Shown piece by piece: positions 26,982 through 39,189 of a DNA stretch of 64,000 bases (the first letter of the stretch is position 1; every line of letters begins with the position of its first letter). Source of the DNA: Paraspadella gotoi (lineage: Eukaryota > Animalia > Chaetognatha); contig CM119263.1 in NCBI GenBank assembly GCA_051294375.1, positions 8,257,992-8,321,991 of the forward strand, read 5' to 3'. The position numbers and the translations under genes were made by a program. The notes beneath the pieces were generated by a model. It searched no databases, had not been told where the DNA came from, and worked only from the letters and a program-made list of their open reading frames with translations.

Positions 26982-28764
26982 CCAAATGACGTTTCCTTCG
27001 ATAGAGCAAAAAAAAAAAATTCGTTAGCAACCCACCCATGTGTTCGCTCACTCTTCTTCGCCTTGCCTTCGCATGCTCTGCCTTGCCTCTCAGCTCGCTC
27101 AGTGTTTTCTCTAAATCGCCCAGTCTGTCCCAGTAACCGTTGACCCATTACGCTTCCTCTCGCGCTGTTCTTCTTTCTCTTTCAGATGGCACCGTTCCAC
27201 TCCCTCGATGCTTTCCTCGAAATTCTCCCTTCTTTTCTTGGGCATATACGNNNNNNNNNNNNNNNNNNNNNNNNNNNNNNNNNNNNNNNNNNNNNNNNNN
27301 NNNNNNNNNNNNNNNNNNNNNNNNNNNNNNNNNNNNNNNNNNNNNNNNNNNNNNNNNNNNNNNNNNNNNNNNNNNNNNNNNNNNNNNNNNNNNNNNNNNN
27401 NNNNNNNNNNNNNNNNNNNNNNNNNNNNNNNNNNNNNNNNNNNNNNNNNNNNNNNNNNNNNNNNNNNNNNNNNNNNNNNNNNNNNNNNNNNNNNNNNNNN
27501 NNNNNNNNNNNNNNNNNNNNNNNNNNNNNNNNNNNNNNNNNNNNNNNNNNNNNNNNNNNNNNNNNNNNNNGGGAAGGAGGGAAAAGGAACGGAGAAAGAA
27601 AAGGAAAGGAGCGAGGAAAGGAAGGGAGAAGGAAAAGAAAAGAAGCGAGGAAAGAAAGGGAGAAAGAAAAGGAAAGGAGCGAGGAAAGGAAGAGAGTCTT
27701 GTGAATTGTTTCTTCCTTTCATCCAAATGGAAGGAGATCAAAGAGGTCGTTTTAAAGCAAAAAAGCAGCCAAACAGATAAGGATAGAAGTCGGGGGGGGG
27801 GAGGTGGAGGAAAAAGGGAAATAAAAGGATGAAGAGGGAAACATGGAAAGCGGAGGAAAAAGAAGAAGAAAGAGTTAAGAAACAGAATTGTTAATAAAAA
27901 TAAGTAAAGGAAGAAGAGCGAGAGGTTTAGTTTTCAAAATTTATGTTTAGTTATTTTTTTTTTAAATTTACATCTCAATTCAAAAGTAAAAATTAGACTG
28001 GCCCGACGGCCCTGTCTTTAATAGAGATAATGTAAGACAATTGATAAGAAAGACGCGAAGCACATTAGTTAATCTATATAGAGGGATTTGTAAACTATTT
28101 TTTTCAATATCTGAGTTCTCAGTCAGACGCCCCCGTCGTCCTCATCCCAGAATCCGGTTTGTTACCGAGACGCTTTTTCCAAATTTGGCTTGTGAGACAT
28201 TTTGAACTTTAACTCATCGGGCTTCGCTCGCTCTCGACTCTCGACTCTTCGAAGGAAACTCGTCTCGTAGATTTTTCCAGGTTTATGTCGCGAGGGAAAT
28301 GGGGTCGTCTTAAGGTAAAGGACATGACGAGGCGCTAAGTCAGTGGGCGTGACAGAAGGGGGAGTGTGTGACGAGGGAGGCGTGGCTGAGGAGTGAATAG
28401 GTGTGTGACATGAGCAAGAATTGCGTGAGATGGGGTGACAGAGAGGAATATGACAAAGAGTGAAAATTTTAAAAAATGGAAAATGTGAAAGAGTGAAAGT
28501 ATATAAGAGGATGTGATATGGTCTTGGCGTGGTGTTACGAGAATTGTATAATTCCGCAAAGAGTATTATGGAATTGCAAATGCCAGCGTGACAATAAACG
28601 ATATTTCCTAAACAGAAAAATGTCGGTAGGAATGACAAAGCGCGGCTTTCTACGAAGGAGTGCTGACAGAGTTCAGAAGTCACGCAACCAAATTTCAAAC
28701 TCGAGAGTTATGAAGAAATTCGCTCTCTCTACTCTCTCTCTCTCTCTCCTCTCTCTCTCTTCCT

Positions 28765-28806
<42 letters not shown>

Positions 28807-30896
28807 AACATTATTCAATCTCCTCCCCCCTTTCGACTCCGCCTCATTTTTGCCCGGAATCTTTTGGCCCGCCAACCTCGGAGTTTTCTACTCTTTTGTT
28901 CCCCAGGGGCGAGGTAGTTTGCGTCTTCCCGATGTTTTGCCCCCGCCGCCCTCCCCCCCCTCTTTCCCCGTTGGGCCGTTAAAATTCTCTTTCCCCTTTT
29001 TCTTCATAACTCTCGAGTTTTGAAGATTTTGCGTTGCCAGTGACTTCTGAACTCTGTCAGCACTCCTTTCGTAGAAAGCCGCGCTTTGTCATTCCTACCG
29101 ACCATTTTCTGTTTAGGAAATAGTCGTTATGTCCATCGCTGATGCACTTTGCTAGATTCCATAATACTACTTTCGGAATCGTTTTATACAAATTCTGCAG
29201 CTAAGACACCACGCCAAGACCATATCACATCCTGACCTTATACTACTTTCACTCTTTCACATTTTCCATTTTTTTAAAATTTTCACTCTTTTGTCATATT
29301 CCTACTCTGTCACCCCATCTCAACGCAATTCTTAGCTCATGTCACACACCTAATTCACTCCTCAGCCACGCCTCCCTCGTCACACACTCCCCCTTCTGTC
29401 ACGCCCACTGACTTAGCGCCTCGTCATGCCTTTACCTTAAGACGACCCATTTCCTCGCGACATAAAACCTTGGAAAAATCTACGAGTACGAGTTTCCTTA
29501 CGAAAGAGTCGAGAGTCGAGAGCGAGCCCGAGCCATGAGTTTAAGTTCAAAATGCCTCACAAGCAAATTTTGGAAAAAGGCGTCCGGGTAACAAAGCCGG
29601 ATTCTGGGATGAGCGACGACGGGGGGCGTCTGACTAGAACTCAGATATTGAAAAATAGTCTTACGAAATCTCCTCTATATAGATTAACTAATGCTGCTTC
29701 GCGTGCTATTCTTATCATTGCTTCTTACATTATCTCTATTAAAGACAAGGGCCGTCGGGCCAGTCTAATTTTTACTTTTAGAATTGAGATGTAAATTAAA
29801 AAAAAAAAATAAACTAATACATAAAATTTTGAAAACTTTAAACCTTCTCGCTCTTCTTCCTTTACTTTATTTTTATTAACAATTCTGTTTCTAACTCTTT
29901 TCATTTCTTTTTCCTCCGCTTTCCATGTATTTCCTCTTCATCCTTTTTATTTCCCCTTTTTCCTCCACCTCCCCCCCCCGACTTCTATCCTTATCTGTTT
30001 GGGCCTGCTTTTTTGCTTTAAAACGACCTCTTTGATCTCCCTTCCAATTTTGGACGTAAAGAAAGAAAACAATTTTCACAAGACTCTCTTCCTTTACTCG
30101 CCTCCTTTCCTTTCTCTTCTCCCTTGTCTTTCCTCGCTTCTTTTCTTTTCCTCTGCTCCCTTCCTTTCCTCGCTCCTTTCCTTTTCTTTCTCGCGCTTCC
30201 TTTTCCCCTCCTTCTCCTTCCTCTCTCTCTAAGTTTTTCCTCTCTTACTTTCGCTATCTTTTCTTCCGGCCACTCCCACTATCCCTCTCTCTCTCATCTC
30301 TCTCTGCTCCCTCTCATCTCTCCTCTCTTCTCTCTCTCTCCTCTCCTCTCTCTCTCTAGCCTCTCTTCTCTATTACTCTTTACTGTTTATTTTTCCTCGC
30401 TTGCTGTTTTCCTTTCTGCCTAACTCTCTCTCTCTCTCTCTCCTCTCTCTCCCTCGATCATCTCTCTCCTCTCTCTTCCTCTCTCTCTCTCTCTCTCACT
30501 TCTTCCCCCCCCCTTTTCCGCCGACACAAAAAGCGATCTCGAACTTAATCGTTCCAATGATTGTGCTTGAATCCACCGTCCTCCCGTAACCGGTTTGAGT
30601 GGAGGGGGGGGTAGGGGGCTCGAACGCAGGAGGCGAGGTCGTAATGCCCAAGAAAAAAGGGAGAACGAAAACATCGAAGGGAGTGAACGCTGGCCAATCT
30701 GAAAGAGAAAGAAGAACAGCGCGAGAGGAAGCGAATGGTGTCAACCGGTTATGGACAGACTGGCGATATGAGAAAACCATGAGCGCATGCTAGAGGGCAA
30801 GCAGAGCATCCGATAGGCAAGGCGAAGAAGAGTGAAGCGAACACTATGTGTGACTAACGATTTTTTTTTTTGCCTATCGAAGGAAACGTCCATTGG
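26982..30896. repeat. Fold-back inverted duplication 2: arms ~26982-28718 and ~28999-30896, ~280-bp spacer
   Basis: gtgctgacagagttcagaagtcac...ctcgagagttatgaagaaa is mirrored by tttcttcataactctcgag...gtgacttctgaactctgtcagcac. The outer gacgtttccttcgatag is mirrored by ctatcgaaggaaacgtc at ~30875-30891. Confidence 0.97.
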
Positions 30897-31360
30897 ATCT
30901 CTCNNNNNNNNNNNNNNNNNNNNNNNNNAGGGATTTAGAGAAACTGGAAAACGTGGAAAGGAGAAAGGAAAAATATTCCAGACTGAGAACCAGCGTTTTC
31001 GTCGTTGTCGTCGACGTCGACGTCGTCTGTTTGTCGCGACGATCGAGTCTCGTAAATGAAGCCGTTTGGGATAGAGAGAAGAAAGAAGTGGGAGGGTAAG
31101 GCAGAAAAGTGGGTAAATAGGTAGGAACTTGGGAGATGAAAGAATTGAAAGGAGAAACAGAAAAAACAAAGAGCTAGAGAGAAAAGAAAATAAAAATTTG
31201 AGAAAAAAACCAAAGAAGTTGGATGAGAAAACAAGGATAGGAGAAAGGAGGTGAAAAGAAAAACAAATCGAAATAGAAAAAGGAAATGGAATAAGAGAAA
31301 AAAAGGGTTAAAGGAAAGAGAATCGCGGAGGTCAGAAAAAATAAAAGAAGGTGAAAGAAT

Positions 31361-31421
<61 letters not shown>

Positions 31422-32486
31422 ACAGGATGACAGAGTGAAAATGGGAATATAGAGAAGGAATAGAGAAGTGGCTAATGAGAGGCGCCGTCTGACGCCACGT
31501 AGGAGTGGGGCAGGAAGAGGAAGAGGAAGAAGCGGAGGCGGAGGAGGAGGAAGAGGATGAGGAATGGATGGAGAACGTGGAAGAATCATTGGAGAGAATG
31601 AGATTAAATATGTAAATAAATAAAAAAAACCTTTAAAAAAATTTTCTGTATTATATTCCTATTTTACTTTTATTTTTTCGAATAAATTATAATTAAAAAT
31701 AGAATTCGTTAAATTATGAGTCGACTCTGTTGAGTGACATTTTGATCGAATAACCGTTTTAAAGCCGATGTTTGTTTTTTTTTGAATGGTAATATAAAAT
31801 CTCAGTTTTATTGCTAACATTTTACATAATAAAAATATTTTGGAGTATAACTCAGTGAGGAGCCGATCGATGAAATGAATCGGTGGATTGGAAATGGAAA
31901 GAGCGACGCCGGCGTCGGTTGCGACTTTGGTTCCACTTTCCATTTCGCGCCACTCGGCGCTGATGAGTCTTCCTCTACTTTCAATTACAACAACAAATTC
32001 CCTTCTCTGCGCCAGATTTATCAGTTGGATAAAAACTGCATTAACTTCGCCGGTTTTAACCGTTGGGCTTTTTCTATTTCATACGGATTTAATATACGGG
32101 GATTTAAAACTCTGAAAACAAAACATTTCGCTAAGCAGCGAAACGGATACATGACAGACTTGCAGTGACAATGTCTCTAAAAAATTCTCCGCGTTTTATG
32201 GATTCCCACGTACAATATGCCGCAATACTAGCTGAAGAGGAAATCTCCGCCCCACAAAGAGGTCGCGCATAATCACCTTAGAAAATTTGTCAACCGTGAG
32301 AGACTTCGGTTCAAGCCTTTCCCTTAAAACGAAGCGAGAGAGAGAGAGAGTGAAAGAGAGAGGGAGAGAAAGAGTGGGTGAGGGAGCGCATGGAGGATGA
32401 AAAAAAGAGATAGAGAGAGAGACACAGAGAGACCAGAGAAAGACAGAGAGAGCAGCCCAGACTGAAGGACGAAACCAAAAAAAGAG

Positions 32487-32602
32487 AGAAAGAGATAGAG
32501 TTGGAGAAAGAGATAGAGTTGGAGAAAGAGACAGAGTTGGAGAAAGAGACAGAGTTGGAGAAAGAGACAGAGTTGGAGAAAGAGACACAGTTGGAGAAAG
32601 AG
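32487..32602. repeat. 18-bp tandem repeat (agaaagagacagagttgg), 6 copies
   Basis: Direct reading. It is the source of the PTLSLS repeat in the 407-aa minus ORF. Confidence 0.95.
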
Positions 32603-33539
32603 AAAGGCAGCAGACTGATATGCAAACCGAGTGAAACATACAGACACTGAGGGACAGAGACGGACCGAAGACAGACAGGCAAGAATCCCGTGAAAGGAAG
32701 AAAAAAAGTTGGAGCGAAANNNNNNNNNNNNNNNNNNNNNNNNNNNNNNNNNNNNNNNNNNNNNNNNNNNNNNNNNNNNNNNNNNNNNNNNNNNNNNNNN
32801 NNNNNNNNNNNNNNNNNNNNNNNNNNNNNNNNNNNNNNNNNNNNNNNNNNNNNNNNNNNNNNNNNNNNNNNNNNNNNNNNNNNNNNNNNNNNNNNNNNNN
32901 NNNNNNNNNNNNNNNNNNNNNNNNNNNNNNNNNNNNNNNNNNNNNNNNNNNNNNNNNNNNNNNNNNNNNNNNNNNNNNNNNNNNNNNNNNNNNNNNNNNN
33001 NNNNNNNNNNNNNNNNNNNNGCGAAAAAAATACCCTTTGTTATTTATATGAGGCAGAAAAGTACGTGTTAGGTTGAGGAGAGAAGGAGAGAGGGAGAGGA
33101 GAGAGAGAGGAGAGAGAGAGGAGAGAGAGAGAAGACAGAGAGGATGGGGAGACGGATGGAAGAGAGGAGGAAGATGCGAGTGGAGCGAGTAAGAGAAGGA
33201 GGGGGGAGGGCGAGGAGAGGAGGAGAGAGAAAGAGAGGGACGAAGACCGAGAAGAGGAGAGGAGAGAGAGAGAGAGAGAGACTGAGACGGATTTCGCCTT
33301 TTGAGTTGATTTCCCAGACGGATCACCCCGTTTGGCACGGAAAAAGGTTGAGGAACGGTTCCTTTCGGCGCCTCGAAATCAACCCACCTCCCTCGCCGAC
33401 CCCGCCACCTGCACCGCATTACCTTACTTTCTCACTACCTAACATTCCTCAACCTTTCCTCCCTCTTTTTTCTTTTTCTCATTCTCTTCCTCTCGATTTT
33501 TTTCATTTGAACGGAGGTGAAGAGGAAGAAGGAAAGAGA

Positions 33540-36500
33540 TGAGTTGGAAGAAGATGAGATGAAGCGGAATTGATCGGATGGTTGGGGATTTGGGGATTGG
33601 AGACTGGGGATTGTGGAGGGATTTGAAGTTTGAACCGGGGATAAGTTGGGGCGAGACGGGGAACAGAAGAGATGGAAAGTATATTAAGGATTGAAGACGA
33701 AACGGGACGAACGTTAAGCGACCAGGAGATGAGTTTTTTTGGCCTTATTTTCCCAGAATGCCCCAGTCCATTTTAAATTCAAAATAGAGGTAATTTTTTT
33801 AAGTTTTGAGTTAAGGATTCGGTTGATATTAAGGTTGAGGATTAAGTTAGGGATTAAGTTAGGGATTAAGGTTAGAGATTATGGGTTTAAATTTAAGGTA
33901 CGAGATTAGAGGATAGAAATTAAGGATAAAGTCAGATTTTGGGATTAGGATTCGGTTAGAGTTTGAGATTAGGTTTAAGGATAAGAGTTAGATTATACGT
34001 TAAAAAAAATTATTTAAGATATATATTAAGATTAAAATTAAATTATTTTATATAAGACCAGAAAAATGGCACTCTCGAGTTTTTTGTCTTCAGGAACATT
34101 AATAGAATTAAAGGGGAATTAAAAGTTGAGATATGCGGAGTCGAAGAAAGGAGGATCGTGGGAGGAGAAGGAGGGCGAACAAATTTGACGAGTCGAAACG
34201 ATTTTCTCGATGAGGAGTCGGAATATATGTATATATATTTGAAATTTACTTTTTTTTATTCAGGATCAGGGGAAGGGAGGTTAATGATGGGAAAAGGGAT
34301 CCGAGGCGCGCGCCAGGAATGGATATGGCCAGATTACATCGACGGCGAATCTACTTTCGTTGCGTTGATGTGCGCGGTGGAATTCGACCTGCCACTCTTC
34401 ACTCTAGTAAAGCTTGAGATGCGGCTGAGGAGTGAACTGGACGAGAGAGAGCGACGAGCAGAGAGAGTTGAAAAAAGGAAGAGAAAAGAAGAAAGAGAGG
34501 ATGGGAAAGGAAGAGTGGAGTTATGAGGAGACGAGAGAAAGATGACGATAAGAAGCAGAGGAGATGAGATGAAAGCTGAGGAACGGATATCGACCAGAGA
34601 AGACGAACGTGATGAGAGATGATGATGAGTTAGGAAGTTCTTAATGACAGTGCGCAGGTTCGAATCGTGAGATCCACACTTAGATTGTTAGAGACTCCAG
34701 CGGGCGGAAGTAGTCTTGAGCCAGGTAACCACCTGACGGAGGCGCTCAGGCAGAGAGACCAGGGCAGGCTCGCGCGAGGACAGCTGGATGAGATCAATAC
34801 CGAGAATCCAACCGAGAAGACGCAAGAACGCGTAAAGGTTAGTATGTACGCGCAGATGCGACGAGGACTCCAAGAGGAGAGCAGAGCAAGAACCGACAAG
34901 CCTGTGATACCGATAGAAAATAGTCGACTGGTTCAGACCTCCTCTAACTCTGCCGCCATCCGTATCAATTCCATTCCCATTTTTCCTGCCTCCGCGCGCA
35001 TCACGAACCTCGCAGATCCCTGCCTTCCCTACAAGAGTGCATTTCAACCTCCCTTCCCCTGTATCACATTCTGATCTGGTGTAATAAAACAAAAGGTAGT
35101 ATAATTTTCAAAGATAACTATCATTATAACATATATCGCACCGACCTCCTCATCCGGTGAGTAAACTTACAATCGTTTTCGTTCGAACCTCTTGTTGACG
35201 TCAAAAAAACAATTGGACCGACCTGCCACGTTTGTCCACAATTTATCTTTGGTGCGGTCCTCCTTTCCATCTGTAGTATGACATAAATTGTTTGGTTCAA
35301 CAGCGAGCACCCACTCCCCGCCTCGACTGTCTTCCTGGTTGTTTTCTGCACGCCTCCCTCTCTCTCTCACTCGATTTCTTCCTCCTCTCTCTTCTTCTCT
35401 CTCGTCATCTCTCTCCTTCTCTCCTCCTCCTGTCTTCTCTCTCTCTCTCTCTCTTCCTCTCTGCATACTCTTCCTACATCCTCACATTTTTTCAGTACGT
35501 TAAACTCTTTTATTTTTACTTTATTGTTTAATTTGCCCCCTGTTGAATTCTATCCTAATTATTCATATGCTCTACCAATTATTTTCTCCCTCCTTCATCC
35601 TGAAGACGAAAAAACTCCTCGCCTCCATTTCTTAAAGTGCTCGTATCTACAGCGAATTCGAAGTAAAGGAGTTTTTTTTTGAGAAAAGTAACAATAGAAA
35701 CGGGATAGAAAGAGAAAAAGAAAAAAAAAAGAAAAAGAATAGTAGAAAGGAGAGAAGTGAACAAAATCAGCATAGGAAAAGGAAGTAAAGGGATGGAAAG
35801 GAGAAAAGTTAAAATAAAGATAAAAGAGCAGGAAAAGGGTAAAAACTCATAGATAGGGAAAAATTAAACAAAAATATAGAGGTATTAGTTAAAAGGAAGA
35901 AAAGTGGGCCTAAGAAGTTAGATGGCCAAGATTTTTTTTAGCCTGGTCTTTGGGTATATAAAATTCAATTTGAAATTTAAATCTTAATAATATTGATGAT
36001 TCCTGAATTAAATATTTTTAAGGTTTAAAACGAGTAAAAACTGTCCATTTGGTAAAATATAATTTATAACGGTGCTTAACCTCATTATCCTTAATTAACT
36101 TAAATCTCAAACAAGTGACTAAATGTTTCCGAAAATCCCCATAGAATCCCATACAAAATATAAATTCTAGAAAAGAACTTTTAAATTCCTTTAATTTCTT
36201 ATTCCTTCTATCTCGTACCTTAAATTTAAACCCATAATCTCAACCTTAATCAATTTAATCACCATAACTAATCCATCAACAACTTTTTAATAACTCATAT
36301 AAAATTTCAACGATAATCGAAAATTAGACACACTCACACAGTATAGGGAAGGGAAATTAAAGAAGGTAATTTGATGCCACATCTCTTTAACTCAAAACTC
36401 TAAGAAAAAACAAGATTTACCTCCCCTATTGTAGAAATTATATTATGATATAGATCATGGGCGGGCATTCTAGGGTCATTTCGATTATAAATGTGGCTCA

Positions 36501-36830
36501 AAAAAAAACTCAAATTCATCATAACAACTAGGCGTCGCCTTAACGTGTGTTCGGTTGTCAATAACTATCTTTTAATACCTGTCGTTGTCAAATCTTCGTC
36601 TCTTCCCTGTGTCTTTCAATTCGCCTTTAATATACTTGTAGCCATCTCTTATTTGATTACCCTTACGGTCTTGCCCCATATCTTTATCCCTCTCAGGCTC
36701 TCATATCAAACTTCAAATCCAGATTCACACCTCCACCAGACTTCCTCCAGTCTTCCAATCCCCATATGCATCCATTGCCACCATCGATGCTCAAAGTTCC
36801 CGTCCTCATCTCATCTTTCTTCTCCAACTT
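33540..36830. repeat. Degraded inverted duplication 3: arms ~33540-34072 and ~35924-36830
   Basis: gattatgggtttaaatttaaggtacgagat (33877) is mirrored exactly by atctcgtaccttaaatttaaacccataatc (36210). Other collinear anchors: ggatttgaagtttga/tcaaacttcaaatcc, gttttgagttaa/ttaactcaaaac, aagaccag/ctggtctt. The right arm is expanded by many insertions. Confidence 0.85.
33825..33995 (+). repeat. Degenerate (TTAGGG)-like hexamer tract
   Basis: ggattaagttagggattaagttagggattaaggttagagattatgggtt shows 6/12-bp periodicity. Confidence 0.7.
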
Positions 36831-37490
36831 TGATTGGCTCTCAGTATCTCCTCTCTTCTCGCATTTCTATCTTTCCGGTCACAGCAACCTCGCTCTCGTC
36901 GCGCCCGTCCTAAGACTCCCTTCGCGCGCCCACTATTCTGCTCACACATTGACACAGAATGAGACCCTCCGCTCACACGCCTGTGAGCATTATCCGCCCC
37001 GCAACATCTAATTAATTTTCCCCATGGCCAAGCTCGCTGTGAGTCTCTCGCCACTCTCGGAACGCTCCTCCGTGCTGAATCCTTCCAATGTTCTTGCCCC
37101 CCCTCCCCGCTCACCACGTGAAGCAAGACTTTCCGATGGCTGAAATGAAGACATACTCATACAATGAGATGGGCAGAAAATTAATAATCCAAACGCACCG
37201 TGTCAGGGCGCATAGAAATGATACCCCGGCGGAAATCAGGTTATGAGCAACATTCGTGCTAAAATGATTTCCTTCTCGCGCATGCAATTGTTCTCTCTGG
37301 CTCGACGCAGACAGATGATCGAGGGAGAGAGACGACGTATACGAGAAAAGAATTGATCGGACTTTATCCACATCCCAAACTCGATCGAGATGCGCATAGC
37401 ATTGATCCTCTTATCCGGTGTCGATTCGTCTCTCTCGTACTTCTCTCCTCTGATCCGATTTGTACTCGCTAGTATGAGAGATCTGCAGAG

Positions 37491-37531
<41 letters not shown>

Positions 37532-38282
37532 GACGTGCGATCGCATCTGGTAGAGCACTCGCTGCTCGCGCATACGTACCTCTACTGCATCTAGCGAAAT
37601 AGATACGTCCTCGACTTCAACAATGAGCAGAAGGAGGGTAAAAAACAGCTAGGGAGGTTTCAGATAGAGTGTTTAGAAAAATCAGAGACAGGAGACATGA
37701 CATATAATATATAATGACTAGAAGAATAAAAAAAATTGAGAAATGAATGATATTCCAGTCATCTCTCTAACAATTCTCCTTTCTTTTCTNNNNNNNNNNN
37801 NNNNNNNNNNNNNNTTTACTCTTTTTTAACTTTTCTCATTTCCCCTTTCTCTTAGCTAATCCATTTCATACTTTTCTTTTTTATTTCTAATTTTTCGAAG
37901 CTAATATCATTTCTTTCGTTTAAATGTATATTTGTTTCCCGTAAATTTCTTATCTTAATCCAGTGTTTTTCTAGTAAAACGTTCTTCATATTTTCTTCCT
38001 CCTTTCCATATTCCTCTTTCCAACCTTCGGTATAAATTCCCTTTCCCCTTCAAGTTCTTCATCTCTGTCCAACTNNNNNNNNNNNNNNNNNNNNNNNNNT
38101 CCAACTCCCCCCCCACAACTTCCTCTTTCCTTTTTTTCTCCTCTTCTTTTTAAAAACTCTTCCTAATCCATTTCCTCTTCCCAGATCCTTTCCTCCATTT
38201 CCTTTCTCAACACCTCACACCCCCCCCCAACCAAAACCCCCTCTTCCCAGTCTTGGCCCAAACAAAAAAAAGCCGCGCACTC

Positions 38283-39151
38283 GAGGACGATAATGAAAAC
38301 GATTCATTCCTTTGGCATAATTTACCATTTCCATACAATTGAGAGAGAATGGCCGAAAAGAAAAAGAGAAAAAAAAAAAAAAAAAAGAGGGAGGGAAGAG
38401 TAAGGAAAAAAATGGGGAGGGAGAAGAAAGTGACGAAATGGAAAGAGAGGAGAGAGAGAGAGAGGGAGAGGAAGATGAGAGAGAGAGAGAGAGGAGTGAG
38501 AGAGAGAGCAGAGAGAGAGAAGAGAAGGAGAGAGGGAAGGGGAGAAGAGGGGGCGAGGACAGGAGAGGGGAGGGGAGAGGAGAGAGAGAGAGAGAGGAAA
38601 GTGGAGGAAAATTAAAGAGAGAAAGGAAAAAGAAAAAAAGGAATCCTCGTCTGACCGATGATCTCGAACCATCGCCAGGAAATGAAAAAACAAAAAAAAA
38701 ATATAAGGAAAAAAAAGGAAGAATAATAATAGTGAATTCAATCCTTCTTATTTTTTTTGGCTGTTGAGCCTCGGAGTAAACGGAAAAAATTTGGAGGCCA
38801 GACAGTGGCCCGCCACGGCAAAGCCGCGCGCTGTGTACATCGGGGGACAGAAAGAGTGATAGCGGGAAAGGATTCGAGAGGGAGAGAGAGGAGGTGGAGG
38901 GAGAGAAGAGAGGAGGGTGGGTGAGAGAGAGAAGAGAGAGAGATATATATTATATATTTTTTTGATTGATTTGATTATTAAGCTCAAAATGTTAAAATTT
39001 AACACAGTAACAATGCAATTGTTAATGATCTGTACATATATATGTATGTACACATTTTAAAGAATGTAAATAAATAACAAATAGAGAGAGATAGAGAGAG
39101 AAGAGAGAGAGACGAGGAGAGAGCGGGAGAGAGATAGAAGAGATGAGAGAG

Positions 39152-39189
<38 letters not shown>

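Noticed and set aside
32196-33419. 407-aa minus-strand ORF, the longest in the window
   Set aside because: Made of (CT)n translation, an 18-bp tandem repeat and a ~300-N gap.
33825-33995. True telomere or chromosome fusion point
   Set aside because: Highly degenerate, short and internal, with only isolated perfect TTAGGG units.
34620-34680. tRNA or B-box (GGTTCGAATC at ~34657)
   Set aside because: The T-stem pairs only partly, and no acceptor, D or anticodon arms can be folded.
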